Positions 39,501 to 53,450 of a DNA stretch of 64,000 nt are shown piece after piece. A program made the translations under genes and the position numbers. Under the pieces are notes generated by a model, which worked only from the letters and a program-made list of their open reading frames with translations, was not told the origin of the DNA and did not search any database. The number at the start of each line of letters is the position of its first letter. The first letter of the stretch is position 1. This stretch comes from Eledone cirrhosa (taxonomy: Eukaryota), in contig OZ024740.1 in assembly GCA_964016885.1 (NCBI GenBank), positions 84,134,001 through 84,198,000 of the forward strand, written 5' to 3'.

Positions 39501-41099
39501 TCTAAATGCTACTTATCATCGGTCCTCCTTGGTGATGACTGTAGATCACTCTTCCTTTTTTTACGTTCCTCTACAAATCATTTCCACCACATCAACACCT
39601 TCGTCATTATCGTCAGGCCCATCGTCATCATCATCATCATCGTCATCGTCTTCGTCGTAGTGGTAGTCGTAGTAGTCTTCCTCATCATCATCATCGTCAT
39701 CATTAACATCATCCTTACTCTCCTCATCCTAAACAGAAGCACTATCATCCCTATTATTATCAGCAACACCTCATCACATCATGACCCTTATTGTAGTAAT
39801 TCGTCGTCACACTAATTTCTCACAAAGTAATCCAAATAGCCGAAATGATAAGACATTGTTTGATACAAATGAACTCTTACGACAACAAACGTTCACAATA
39901 ACAGAGATGAAGTGGCCACTTCTAGAAGAAATATTTGATAACCATTAATTTGTTGCAAGTCGAAAGTTGGCATGATGATAACAGAATTGATTATTGGGGG
40001 AGTTTTTATTGGTGCTGTTGTCGTTTTGTTGTCGTTGTTGAATCCGATACTAGCAGACCAACGATCAAGGTTTTCAATTCATTATCATTCTCTGTATCAG
40101 TGTATACAGCATCTCATTAAATGTAATATATTAGGAAGTATATGGTCAATGAAGCCTTACCTTTTGTAAAGTACAAGATAGATTTGATATTACTTTTTAA
40201 TAATCGTGGTATTCTTGCAAATAACTGTTGTGGAAAAAGTGATTTTAAGGTAGGGTTCTTGTTGTCTAGGCTTTCGAATGCTAGTAATAGTGCCATCATT
40301 TATTGGTTGTGTTGTGGATGCTGGCGTTGCTGAAGGTACTGGTGCTGGTGCAGGTACCTGAATCATGTTAACTACTTTGCAAATGTTATTGGTATGTATG
40401 AAATATAACCACAAATAAATATAGGACTAGTGTGTGAAATATTTTACATTACTACTAAAAACATTCTCTGGTGTGTTAGAAAACAATGAATTCTTGTATT
40501 CTCGCAAGTATACATATTCTAAGATGAGATATAAACAATTATATTGAATCTAATATTTCACATTTTTTCTCATTGTGTAGCTACCATAACCACTGAAATT
40601 TAAATTAGAAAGGATTGAATACAGATAATAAAATGGCTTAACTAAATACTGGTACACACTTTTCTGTACGATCATGCATATTAACTAATTTACTACCCCA
40701 GTGTAGAGACCAATGTGCGTGTCTCTATAAAGTTAGTGAGAAAATTAAAAATAGAAACCAAATATTTCTCAGGTCATAGCCTTCAGTTTAAACAAATGAA
40801 GGGCATTTTCATACAAATTTCGTGTGCAGGAATAGCAGAGTTTTAAATTTGCATTATTTAGCTATTAAAAGGATAAGGTAGTAAACAAAAGCTTTGAAAA
40901 GTTTTGATGGATAAATATGCACGCGCGCCATTCAGTAAAGAGCTACTCGAGTAGAGTTTACCATAAAGTAGTAATAATATCAACCACCACCTTTATATAT
41001 TTCGGAAAATAAATTCCCCACACACATACAGCGTCGCTGTCTATTACAGCAAGTCAACTATATTCTGATCGATTGTGAAATCATCTCTATCGTTTAGAA

Positions 41100-42330
41100 C
41101 AATACTCTAATCAACCAGGTCAGCAAGATACACTTACGAGTTCTGCTATAGAGAACATAGAAGATCACATAGGAACAATTCTTCAAGGTGAAGATGGGCT
41201 GTTTTCGTAACAAAATTTGGGACGAGAGATCAGATCTACATCAAGAGAAGTAGGAAAAAGGCACATGAATGCAGTATCCTCCTTTACGTGGCTTTCATTG
41301 ATTACAAGAAAGCTTTCGACTCAGTTCAACACTTAATTCTGTGAACAGTACTTGATAAAGAGGGGAGTCAACGCTGCAGTAGTTAATCAATTGAAAACTA
41401 TACAATGGGCAGCTAGCAGCGGTTAAAGTGGAGAACTATCTGAGGTAGTTGTCTACCATCCGAACTGGTTTGCGACAGGGATACCTAATGGCAGCCATGT
41501 GCTTTAACGTCTACTCGGATGAGGCAATGTGACAATCAGCAGACGATCTATCCTGGATAGGCGTAACCATTGGTGGTCACAATCTCAGCAACCTTAGCAT
41601 TGCTGATGATATCTTGCTGATAGCAACATCACTGGAGACACTCCAAAAGCTGTTAGACGAGTTGGAAAATGACTGTGGTGAGTATCAGTTTGTGATCAAC
41701 AGCATGAATACGAGAAGCATGTCCTTCACTAGGGAACCCGTGCAGCTGGGTCTTCAATGTCAAAGGGTCACTCTAGCTCAAGTGGAAAAATTCACGTACC
41801 TGGGAACCATCATAGATCAAACAGCGAATCATAGTCACAAGATCAGAGCTCGGCTGGTGACAAGAGGATGTGCATTTAGGACCCTCAAGACCCTGTGGAA
41901 GAACATTACGCTGAAGCTTCTGGTGTAGCCGGTCACGTTGTATGGTTGATAACTGGACACAGATAACTACCTATTATAACAAACCTTTGTCGTTTGAGAC
42001 AAGTTACAGGTGGACACTACAAAGCAGATGGATAGACCACAAAACAAACGAGGCCGTCCGGGAAAGATGGGAACAGAGAGGCCGATGGTGGCAATCATCA
42101 ATTTCCAAAACTTCTGCACCTACATGCTGGTGGGAGGCAGCGATGGAAGAAGCCCAGAAATACCAAGGAGTGATGAAATAGCAAGGAGAGCTGGAGTGAT
42201 GACATCGGAAATTGGACGGGTAGAAGTCTAATGGAGTACACGGTCGTAGCGAGGAAGAGAAACCTGTAAATATTATTGTTGAAATTGTCTATGGTTCCCG
42301 ACCCTCAGAAATGAGGGTGGGAAAAACGAA
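41100..42330 (+). pseudogene. Degraded RTE-like LINE reverse transcriptase
   Basis: Fragments AFIDYKKAFDSV (~41290), RQG (~41475), NLSIADDILL (~41590) and QVEKFTYLG, with many stops and frameshifts. Confidence 0.75.
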
Positions 42331-44229
42331 GAAACGTTATGGTTCCATTGTCTTTAATCATTGGCCATTTCATTAAGGGATTTCTTGGAGCTACACAGTA
42401 GCAGCAGTAGTAGCAACAACAACAGCACCAACAGCAACAACATCAACTGCAGCAATGACAACAACTATAAAAATAACTACAATTATGAGAAATATTTCAA
42501 CTATAATACTTTTCTGTCATATGGCTCAGGTAACTGGATAACCGAAAATTGGTGTTTGCCCCAAATATCTAACGAAATATAGATATAAAAATTCAACCTG
42601 GTGAATCTTCCTCCTTCCTATCCTGCTTCTAAAAATATATGAACCAGTAATGTAACAATTGAATTAGCTTAGTTCTCCAAATGTGTTAGAATTAAAAATC
42701 AATATTTCATATGGCTTAAGATAACGGTAAATCTGGAAGGCAACCTGTCTGGAAGACTTAACTGATGTAAGTTCACGTCAATTAGGACATTAGTGCCTCG
42801 GGCCAAGATGTAAATGCCAATGAGATTGGTGCCAACTTAATTTTAAAAATATAAAGCGAGGATTATTTCATTTGACTTAGTGGATGTGTATATTTAGTTT
42901 CAACCGACTTCAAAACTATAAGAGTATCATCATAATAGTCACCATAACCGTCATCGGTATTATACAAACCCACACGTATGTGTAATTGTGTATATAGATA
43001 TATATATATATATATAATAAGAATTCCAGAAGCAGTCGAAGTGTATGATAATATTATATTTGTATAAATACAGAGTATATAACCAAGACTGCATTACGTG
43101 TATAAATTTATACACATATATAATATGTTGGCATGTAAACATACATACATTTATACACGTTGGTTACACACTCTCTACATATATACAAATATAACTTTAT
43201 CATACATTTCGACTGCTAGCACATATTTTACTAGATATCTTAATTAATTACCAGCTCGAGCTCTAATTATATGCAAATTAATACGTCTGTTTCAGAACAA
43301 TACTATGAGCGCATAGGTATATATACACATCAAATACATATTTCCTGGTGATTTATAGGATCATATACACGACTTCTGGTGAGAGTGCAAATAAGATCCG
43401 AAAATCGATTAAAGATCTCTATCATTTTTTCAATTTATAGGGAAATCTTATATGCCTACATATTAGTTATGTGTATATATTTATACACACTGGTACAGTT
43501 TTAGTTACACTCCATATTTGTACAGATATAACTTTACCATATATGTATATATTTATATATATATATATGTGTTTGCATGTGAGTGTGTATCTATTTGTGT
43601 GTGTGTATACATGTATGAATGTATATACGTAGGGACATGGAAATACTCGGTTTTTAGCCCGACCACATAGTTAGCCCACCGGGTGTGAGATATCCCTAAT
43701 TCTCGTTAGGACATAATTATAAAGGGCTACAAGAACGACTCTGATGTAAAACCTGTGACTTGGTGGCAACTGGTGATATTGACCTGTTTTTTCTTTTTAA
43801 TATCTGTCACCGGTATTCAGAAAGTGGGATAGGTTCGGTACAAGGCCTTTTTACACTTAAACAATCTTGAACCATAGACATCACTTGATCTAAATGGCTT
43901 TCACGTGTGATGCGTGAGGATCCCCTTTTCTTCTTTTTTTCACTGAAGCATATGCAGAAAGAAATCTAAGTTCTTGACAGGAGTACAATTTCATGTTCAT
44001 GACATCTATATGTGACAAAAAGTCAACGAATGGCAATTCTCGACAGCGTTGTGCAGTCATTATGTATGTATATGGACGTATGTATATAGATAATTCATAG
44101 AATTGTAGAGTCGTTATGTAACAGCGCACATAATTTAATGCAAACAGCGATTATGTGTTTAGATTAAATTCAGGATGCTCAGCCCTTTTTTGTAAATGTA
44201 ATATAAATGTAAATAAAATATGCAGCTGG

Positions 44230-44640
44230 CATGCGTTGAAAGACATTGAATCAAACTATAAGAGGCCTGTGGAAAAGGTATTCGATTTTAGGCTGAGAAA
44301 TATTACGTAGTTGGTAGAAATCAAATGAGGCCTTGTGTACCAACACATCAGACAAGCGATTATTTAATTGCTTGTAACACGAACTGGAATACTTCTTCTA
44401 GTATCTCTTTTATCTTCACCCTGCGGTCAGCAACCATAACGATTGGGCATTGTTATTTCTTGAACAACATATTATAAAACTTGCTCCGCCCTTTCCGTAA
44501 TCACAGGCGAAAAACAATGTGATGAATAAGTAGTACAGCATCCCACGCGCTGGTTACTTGGCTAATGCCAGAAATCCACGAAAATTTAAGCATGTTCCTG
44601 AGTGTCTGTGGCTCCACTCTGCAAATGTTTGTCTTCTTAT
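44230..44640 (-). pseudogene. Possible degraded mariner transposase remnant
   Basis: Minus strand gives ADRRVKIKEILEE (mariner HTH2-like) and a degenerate YSPDLAP-region-like stretch. Confidence 0.35.
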
Positions 44641-46636
44641 CGTCATTACTTCCTACAGGCAACAAGAAAATTGGATACCTTTCGACAGACATTGTATGTT
44701 TGCGGTCTTAAAATTTAATTATATGCCAAAATCAATATAAATAATTTCTAGACAGTAACCAGTGAAATATCAAGAAACCATAGATTATCAGATAATTGAT
44801 TTAGTGTGATGTCATTCTTGTTTTTATTTTATATCTTCTCATTACCATAGTTATTTTCATCAAGACAACCTTAGCCAAATTGTTACTAGTAATATAATAG
44901 AACTGAAGTAACCGCCTGTCTCTGTTTATTAGAACATAGTGCAATCAAAATATAATAATACTACAGGATTTTTATAAGAATGTTTAACACTGCAAAGCAA
45001 AATGCAAGTTCTTGAATGTTGCAAAGAAGTTACCAAATAGCACGTGTCGGAAATATACTTAGCATATGCATCTACACGTTCTTTTGGCGAGAACGAACAT
45101 TAAAAATGGCCATTTGTCTAAACCAAAGGTTCTCAACCCATTTCGACCAAACGCCCCTCGAAATCACGAAACACCCCCTACCCTATTTTTCCGTTTTTCA
45201 ATAAACTACTGATTTTAATATCAGTATATTACTGGGCCAAATCAAGTTATGTTAGAATCTTTAAACAGATCTTTAAGAAATACTCGTATGAATTAAATAC
45301 AAAAAAGTTTCAGTCCAAAACAAAAGCAAGCTATTTCAAATTATATATTTTTTTTGAAAAGAAGTGAATGTTCTCAAAGATTTGATCTCAGTCGAAAAGG
45401 CTTTTTTTTTTAAATTCTATATTTCACTGTTAGCTGTTGTAATATTTTGACTGGATAGACAATTCTACAATTCAAACTGTAAAGTCAAAATACAAAATAT
45501 GCAAAATATGAATAAATTCTTACCTTTCTCTTGAATCACAATAAAATAAGGCAACTAGCTTACTGACATTTTCAATCTACAGAGCTTGCTGTTAAATAGA
45601 ACATGTGAAAGAGAATAAATATGAACTTATACATAACTAAACTAAATTCTAAGCAAAATTTCATTCCTGCGATAAACTGACCTTTTAAATTGGTTTTACT
45701 GATAAGACTCATGGAAATGAATTGTTATACTGATTTAAAGCTGGAAGCTAAAGTTAGCGCCCACAGACGATTTAAAAGAAAAATTACGTAACGTGAAACG
45801 AAAGGTGTGACGTGTGAATGACGTACATGGTTTCATTCATTTTTTTCTGGGTTTTTTTTCCTTTTGCAATGTCGACAGCAGTATTCCCATTCAGAATTCC
45901 AAGAAATTAATTCTGTGGAAGAAATAACTACAAAAGGGGATTGAATTAATCAGCAAAGATTATCATTGAAAGGAGCAGCCTTTGTATAATCCTGATATGA
46001 ATTCTAAATGTTATTACAAAATAGGAAAAAAGAAACAGAAAATATTTCTTGGTGATATGAGGGTCACATTATTTGCTGGGACCCTAAATATCTGCAAAAA
46101 ACTATAAATGTGAAAACATAGTCATAACAAAACAAAAACATTTAACCAGATTTACAAACGAAACAATAATGAACAAAGGAAAAATGATATAAAGACCAAA
46201 ATAAAAACACAATCAATAATAACAGTCACAAAACAGCAAAATCATCAATACTACAACTACTAATGTTTCTTCATAACACACAACCTTTTCAAGAGGAAGG
46301 AGTAGTGATAGAATTGACAGCTTATGAATAGAATTAATAATCGAAGAAAATTGACTATTTTAATAAGAGAACACAACATGTCTTCGGAAAGATAACAGGA
46401 TCCTTATCACACTGTCAATATCCTTCATACTCAACAACATTGCTAATACCTTCATGTGTCGTTACTCTTTTTACATCAATCGTTGTTCTAAACTAGGGGA
46501 GATATCACTCCCATTACATACATGAATATGTTGTGCGAAACAGACTTTTTATGTAACCTATCAAAGAGAATTGTATAACTCGAGTTAATATAGCTTGTAA
46601 ATTGTATTCCACATTTTCAAATTCCGTCTGTCTGTT

Positions 46637-46714
<78 letters not shown>

Positions 46715-46899
46715 CACACACACACACAATATGTGTGTGTATGTGTGTGTGTGTGCGTGTGTGTGTTTGTGTGTGTCTCTGTGTGCGTAAATATATTCAA
46801 GGTTGGTGGAAAGAAACTCCTTGTATAAAATAGTTAATAACTGTATAAATTATTGAGTGATTTCGTAAAACGTTTTATTTTGAACCGTATAAAGATAGA

Positions 46900-47250
46900 T
46901 GTAAAGTATAGTGTTAGAATAGGGACCATGTGTCCAACAATGTTTGAAATCGGGTGAGTATATCATCGACTGACCTCATCAGGAACCTAGGCGGTGTGTT
47001 AGTCGGTAGATGATAAATGTGTTCTTCAAATTGAGTCATAAATTCTGGTTTTCAGCTATAAACTCGACGACCCAGCCAATGTCCTGGGAATTGGACATCA
47101 ACCCACTCATAGAGAGTGCATTCAAAATGAGAAGGGGCCCCTTCTTAATAGAATGTGAGGGGATTGATGTTGACCCTAACGTTTGAGAGAATTTTAATAT
47201 ATTTAATTTAATGGCTAAGTACACTGGTGAAACACAAGAGTAATAAGGCT
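46900..47250 (-). mobile_element. Penelope-like element 3' remnant with degenerate hammerhead
   Basis: LLILNALSM..LM.NSQ resembles a PLE GIY-YIG C-terminus. It is followed by CTGATGA-GGTC...GATT-t-CAAAC-att-GTT-GGAC at 46987-46931. Confidence 0.55.
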
Positions 47251-47512
47251 CACCACATAGTCATTAAATGAAAACTAAAACTCTACTTCGGTATTGAGTA
47301 AATTTTTCTCACATTCTCACATCCCTAAATAATACATGTATATATATATATATATATATTATACCAGTGTTGGTTATTCCAATGTCTTAAAGTTCCACGT
47401 ACTGGCTCTTTTAGTTTTTGAAACTATAGTTGGGACACTATATAGGTTGGAATTGGCTTCCTTTAGCCAATTTGATTTGAATTTCCCTCCCAAAATGTGA
47501 TTTAGGCGTAAA

Positions 47513-47596
<84 letters not shown>

Positions 47597-48199
47597 GTGT
47601 GTGTGTGTATACACACATATATACATGATGGCTTCCCCCTCGTTGTCGAGTATGGCCATTACACGATATACCATTATTAATAATTATTAATTAATTCTAT
47701 CGTGCAATGCCCGTGAGTGAAGATATTTTTTTAAGTTTTTTAAGTGAGGAAAGACTGTGCACTGAGCCAATCCCACTCTCTGAGCGACAGTAGCTATAAC
47801 CCGAAAAGAAGAAAAGATCAACATCCTCGGTAACTACTGAGCCGCAGGTTTTATATTGGAGTTATCCCAGTTTCCTGAGTTGCCTTCTCCTAGAAGAATG
47901 CCCTGACAAAGGCTAGGGATCCTTCACACCCAGTGGCTTAACCGCGCGATCGGGTGTCCAGCCAGACTATTTCTATGCCCCCGCGCATATACATACACCT
48001 ATACATATACATATATATGTACATGTGTATATACATATTTACACACTTGTGGATGGCCGTTGACTCTTATGAGTTCTTCCGCCCTTTGTCAGGTTTTGTT
48101 TTTTGTAAACTTGGTGGGGTTGCCGGTTTAGTCGCCGACAATCCGACCATGCGTAGGTTGTACTGGGTTAAATGTTACCAGTAGCACACAAGAGTGACC

Positions 48200-48400
48200 C
48201 GACATACAGTACATACATACATGGTGGCTGGCAACTCGTTTTCGAGTACGGCCACTACTTTATATCCATGTAGGAGAACCCCTATCGATGCGCTGAACGA
48301 GTGTGACTTTTTATTCCAGCCAGCGACTTGAAAACTCTGGTACAAACACTACACTTGTGACAATTATTGACACATAGTGCTGGGCCCATGGTACCATGTG
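48200..48400 (-). mobile_element. RTE-like LINE 3' end (C-terminal C2H2 finger plus (TGTA)n tail)
   Basis: HKCSVCTRVFKSLAGIKSHTRSAHR*, then a short UTR and atgtatgtatgta. A similar UTR end occurs at ~47620-47670. Confidence 0.55.
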
Positions 48401-48434
48401 ATGACAATTGCAGAGAGATCTCCAGATATAAAGC

Positions 48435-49136
48435 AATTTTTGCATAAGTTCCCTGTGTCCACGCATCGCCTGGGAACTTAGCTGAGAATTGACTTCCTAA
48501 TGACGAAAGGTATTCTCCATGTTCCATCGGAAACCATGTTTATTCCCTTTCAGAAACTAATTAGTTGGAGTGAAATTTTAGTAAGTAAGTTAATTTTTAT
48601 AATTTTCTTATTTTACGTCTATCATATAATTGTTCTGCATCCCCTTGCATTGAACCACAAAGTTAAAAGAAAATCCCTATATATTTATATAGGGTATACA
48701 TAGGTATGCATCTGTATATATATATATGTTGGTAGATATACTAATTCTTTATAATTATCTCCAAATTATTTTGTTGGGAAAAAATTTGCCAAAACTACTA
48801 CTATAATTCAGAGTAATAGTCCGGCTACTGTCTTATTAACACCCCACTCCTCACTGATTAACCTCGATGTCACGTGATTGATTCTTTTGAATTTGCCACC
48901 GACCAAGTAGGCAGTGATTTTTTCAATGTCCTGGAATTTAGTCCTCGCTTGCTTTTTTCCATCCACTGAATTATTTTTGTATAAGTTCCCTGTGTCCGCG
49001 CATCGCCTGGGAACTTAGCTGAGAATTAACTTCCTGATGACGAAAGGTATTCTCCATGTTCCATTCGGAAACCATGTTTATTCCCTTTCAGAAACTAATT
49101 AGTTGGAGTGAAATTTAAGTAAGTTAATTTTACGTC

Positions 49137-49140
<4 letters not shown>
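48435..49140 (+). repeat. ~175-bp direct repeat (48435-48620 and 48972-49140) carrying a partial hammerhead core
   Basis: Near-identical copies. The second has CTGATGA-CGAA...TTCG-GAAAC (49034-49072); the first has CTAATGA. Confidence 0.85.
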
Positions 49141-49216
<76 letters not shown>

Positions 49217-49229
49217 GTAGTGACGAAAC

Positions 49230-49570
49230 ATAAGTTAATTGCATGAACTCATAATCCTTTATTTACTGCTATATATATTTCGACGATAGCCATTGAATTG
49301 CTATGACCTCATCAGGCAGTTAGTCAGTTCTTAGATATGCCAGCTCTGTCTTTATAGTGTTGATGGTATCAGAGCCTTGGAACATATGAGCTTGTTAGGA
49401 ATAATTTAATGTTGTCAGCGGGAATTGTCTTAATACTCATTGGTCAGTTTGTAGATGCTAGTAGGGTTGGTATGGACCTCAAAGAGGCAGGTGGTGTTGT
49501 AAAGTTCAAACCGTCAGGCAAGATGACAATAGTTCCATATGACTGATTTTCACAAAAAGCATTCCTGGTC
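49230..49570 (-). mobile_element. Penelope-like element 3' remnant (pseudo-LTR)
   Basis: Minus strand ...LPDGLN, a typical GIY-YIG end, at ~49530-49505, followed by an intact hammerhead at 49320-49265. Confidence 0.6.
49265..49320 (-). ncRNA. Type I minimal hammerhead ribozyme
   Basis: ACUGC-CUGAUGA-GGUCAUAGC aauucaaug GCUAUCGUC-GAAA-UAUAUA-UA-GCAGU: full core, 5-bp stem I and palindromic stem III, as described for PLE hammerheads. Confidence 0.85.
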
Positions 49571-49963
49571 AGATATATATTCAATTAGGGTTAATAGTAT
49601 GAAATAGATACTACAGGTCATTCTTAAATTGAGGAATTTATGTGGAGTGGTGGTACTGAAAATTATGGTTAGAGTAGAAAATTTACACATAACAAGACTT
49701 ATGTAGGTTGGCTTGCACGTACATTCACACCCACCTCCACATACACACACACACATCCACACATACAAATTGAGGAATTAATGTAGGGTGGTAATACTTA
49801 AAATAATGGTTAGAGTCAAATACATAGATAGTTTCGAAAATTTAGAAATAAAAGGCTTATGTTGGTTGACTTGTACATACACTCACACCGACCCAATCAG
49901 ACACACACACATCTACACACACAAATCCATACAGGTGTGTGTATATATATATGTACGCACAAG

Positions 49964-49996
<33 letters not shown>

Positions 49997-50105
49997 TATA
50001 TATAAAATATACATACATATAAAATACGCACATATATAAAATATACATACATATATATATATATAAAATACACATATACATATATACATATATAAAATAT
50101 ATAAA

Positions 50106-50193
<88 letters not shown>

Positions 50194-50447
50194 CACATAT
50201 ATACACATATAAAATATATACATATATTCACATTATATATATATACGATGTGAGAAAAACCACAGAAAAGCAGAAGAACTGCGAAACCGGTAAAGGAACC
50301 AAATAAATATATATATTTAAAAAAAAAAAAAATAATAATAATAATAATACTCCAGTTGCATTTTCGATTTCATCTCTTTTTCCTTATACTTTCACTCGTG
50401 TAGGACACCGGTTATTTTTCATTTTGTAAAAAAAACCTCACTTTCTA

Positions 50448-50495
<48 letters not shown>

Positions 50496-50639
50496 AGGTT
50501 CAATAAAACGAGGTTTTGATAACACCTAACCAGTAGAAAATCCGGTGGACCATCCACAAACTATGGGTGGTTGTTGTTGTCCATTGGTCATTGGTGCGGG
50601 GTGTAGGTAACCTACAGAGGGGAGGGCGTTGTGGGAGGC

Positions 50640-51925
50640 CTTAACCGGGGTTTATCCATATAGCTTGAGGAAAGTTCCCGTCCTTCGGTGTCTGAAGGCA
50701 CCGAATAAGTTGGTCCTTCTGTTTAATAGCTTGGTTCCGCCATGAAGTATCTCGAGTGTCTCACTAAGACAGAGGTTGCAAATACCAGGCCCGCCTCTGT
50801 CTGGGGGAACTTTCTAACCACGGACCAGACCAGAGAGTGCGGGGTCTTTTCAAGTTTGAGCTTCCAGATCAATTCAGAAACGGCCGTACATTTCCTCTTA
50901 TCTATTCTGTTAAAAGAATGGCAATGGTTATACCACCGACCTTTGAAGCTGGTCGCTGTGGATCTTATGTAGTGGTGCTCCGGGTTAGGGGTTGTGACCT
51001 TGCACCTGTATACTACGTTTTTCGTCATGCATTCATTACTAAGGGGGCATAGTGATGGGTCTCTGCAATTACATGACTTCTTAAGCCCCACCACAAGTAC
51101 CGCGTGGTTACCATCACTCGGGGTTGGCTGTGTAGCCTCCGCAATCAGCACAGGGTCGTTGGGTTCCGGTGTGCTAGTTGGGTCTGTCCGGGTTCGCGTT
51201 GGGTGGCTCCGGGGTTTACGGTGGTATTAGAGACAGTGAGCCTATTCCTATTTATGCCAGCTATGTGCTGGGCTACGGAGCGTGTGGTTGAGTAGGAAAG
51301 TTTCACCGTGTGCCGGTTGAATATTTGATGGTACTTGTGGGCCCTAGGGAAACATTTATCCAGTACTCTATAGAATGTTCTAGCCAGGCTGGTACGTAGA
51401 CCAACCGAGTACGGAGTGTTATAGCATGTGACCTTCCTGGTCCTATCCTTGCGGGGTTGTTGGGTATCCGCCGTGGTCCATCGTGTGGTTGTGCACAGCC
51501 CAGGTCGAGCTCGGTTGGTGTCACTCAGGTGTGCGCAGCGGTCACTATCATGAGGGTTATATGGGCCCACCGTTGATATACACCAGCTTCTCATTGGGTT
51601 TATGATATGGATGGTGTAGCTTGGTGTTGAGGTTGAGGGTGGTGTCCAGGAAATTCACAAATTTTCTATTGGGTTCCATCTCTACTTTAAGTCCTACCTT
51701 GCTAAAGAAGTGCCTAATTCTCCTCTTCATATTTTCGACCATTGTGGCGCTGTGGTCCACTACGGTGAAGAGTGCGTCGTCTCGGTACAGCCCACCACTC
51801 AGTTTGGGTATTTCTCTCCTGATCTCGTAGAGTATGTATATCCCAACCAAGTCCGTTAGCTGCGCGGAGTCACTGGAGCCCATTGTAATGTCAAAATTAT
51901 TTGGCCAGTCGCTCCGGGTCCAAAT
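50640..51925 (-). pseudogene. Penelope-like retroelement RT C-terminus plus GIY-YIG endonuclease, frameshifted and 5'-truncated
   Basis: ITMGSSDSAQLTDLVG..GLYRDD..NFLD..PYHKPN (RT); IFNRHTVKLSYS; CNCR..CPL..C..VVYRC..YI.ST..FK.R..NH (Cys-rich linker plus GIY-YIG). Confidence 0.88.
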
Positions 51926-51931
51926 ATATAA

Positions 51932-52051
51932 TAATAATAATAATAATTGTTTCTACTTTAGGCACAAGGCCAGTAAATAACCCAGTGCATTACTGGTACT
52001 TTATGTTATCGACCCCGTAGGGATCAAAGGCAAAGTCAACCTCGGCGGGAT
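51932..52051 (-). mobile_element. tRNA-derived SINE, 3' half
   Basis: Matches the family consensus. Abuts the truncated PLE. Confidence 0.8.
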
Positions 52052-52060
52052 ACTAATAAT

Positions 52061-52127
<67 letters not shown>

Positions 52128-52356
52128 TATAGAACATGAGAAGAAAGAATACTGCGTGGTTGCACATGGGTTACATATGATAAAAAATAGTCCTTCGTCA
52201 GTGATTTTCTAACCTTCATTGGTATACATCGCATTAAAATCATATACCTCCGGTTGGTGCGAGCAATAGCTAAATAAAGCTATTGGGACAAGTAAATCGC
52301 GTAAAGCGAGTGAGACAAGTAAACAACATAGAAGGATGAAAGCACGCAAAGATATT

Positions 52357-52443
<87 letters not shown>

Positions 52444-52660
52444 CTGAATAAAGGAATTTTTCGAGAATGACCGGGGCAGGCCGCACTTGCTACATTTTTC
52501 CCCACCCAACCCTACTCACCGTCTCAACTCATTACTGCTATTAACACTTTTTCAACAGACCTACACCCATACACTTATTAAAAGGGGGAGGAAAAAAAAA
52601 ACCCACCACACCACAGACATGTTAAATCCCTATATATAGAACAACACACCACATACATAT

Positions 52661-52700
52661 CAGTTTGACAAGCGCACCTCAGCGTGAAAGGTCGTTCTAA
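52661..52700 (+). ncRNA. Candidate hammerhead with U3:A8 core
   Basis: UUGACAA-GCGC accuca GCGU-GAAA-GG ucgu UC-UA. Stem I is weak. Confidence 0.45.
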
Positions 52701-52864
52701 AAACGAAACAATACCTCCTACGTTAACCAAGAACTCCTAAGACCTAACTTAATTTATAAAAAAAATTTTTTCTAATCCGGAAAAAAATTATTTTGGGATT
52801 TTGTGAAGAAAATAAATTTGTTGAAAGCACAAGTGAAGCCATTGTTTCTTCCCCTCCCCCTGTC

Positions 52865-53015
<151 letters not shown>

Positions 53016-53145
53016 CGTATCTTATTCGTTTTTTCCCGTTCTTTGCCAGCGAACGTTTCCACGAACCAAAGTATCGTCTTCCTGTCTTCCTCCGGTTGCA
53101 ACGTTTTTTGAAATATCTACTTCTGCGTATACGATTGACTTTGTT

Positions 53146-53196
53146 AGTTTCAGAAGATCCCGTTAAGGGTGAAAGCAGCGATTCTTTGCTTAAACT
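53146..53196 (+). ncRNA. Hammerhead-like fold with variant core (CAGAAGA)
   Basis: AGUUU-CAGAAGA-uCCC guuaa GGGu-GAAA-GCAG cgauucu UUGC-UU-AAACU. All three stems pair, but U4 is replaced by A. Confidence 0.45.
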
Positions 53197-53293
53197 TTAA
53201 TCTGTTATTTTAATAAATATTTGCTCTACGGTTCTTATATATTTGATATATATTTATCCTTATCGAGCCCTCTTTGGATTTTAGTCTTGAAAT

Positions 53294-53354
<61 letters not shown>

Positions 53355-53450
53355 GGGGGGTGTAACTAGGAGTTACTGCAGGTTCACCCGGGTGAGCACT
53401 CGATGTTTAGGTTGACTTCTGTGATGATGTGTAGTGATATACAGAGTGTA

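Noticed and set aside
35800-41000. Host gene exons in the less repetitive AT-rich stretch
   Set aside because: Only short low-complexity ORFs with no recognisable domains. Small exons cannot be excluded without transcript data.
45120-45600. hAT/Charlie-like terminus (CAAAGGTTCTCAACC) and transposase tail
   Set aside because: No matching second TIR or TSD was found, and the coding similarity is too weak to support.
49620-49920. Diverged ~140-bp tandem duplication (similar case at 55460-55780) as a CRISPR-like or functional array
   Set aside because: Only two degenerate units, with no repeat-spacer regularity, in a eukaryotic context.
52170-52230. CTGACGA core on the minus strand as a hammerhead
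   Set aside because: No closing stem II or GAAA follows. At most a truncated remnant.
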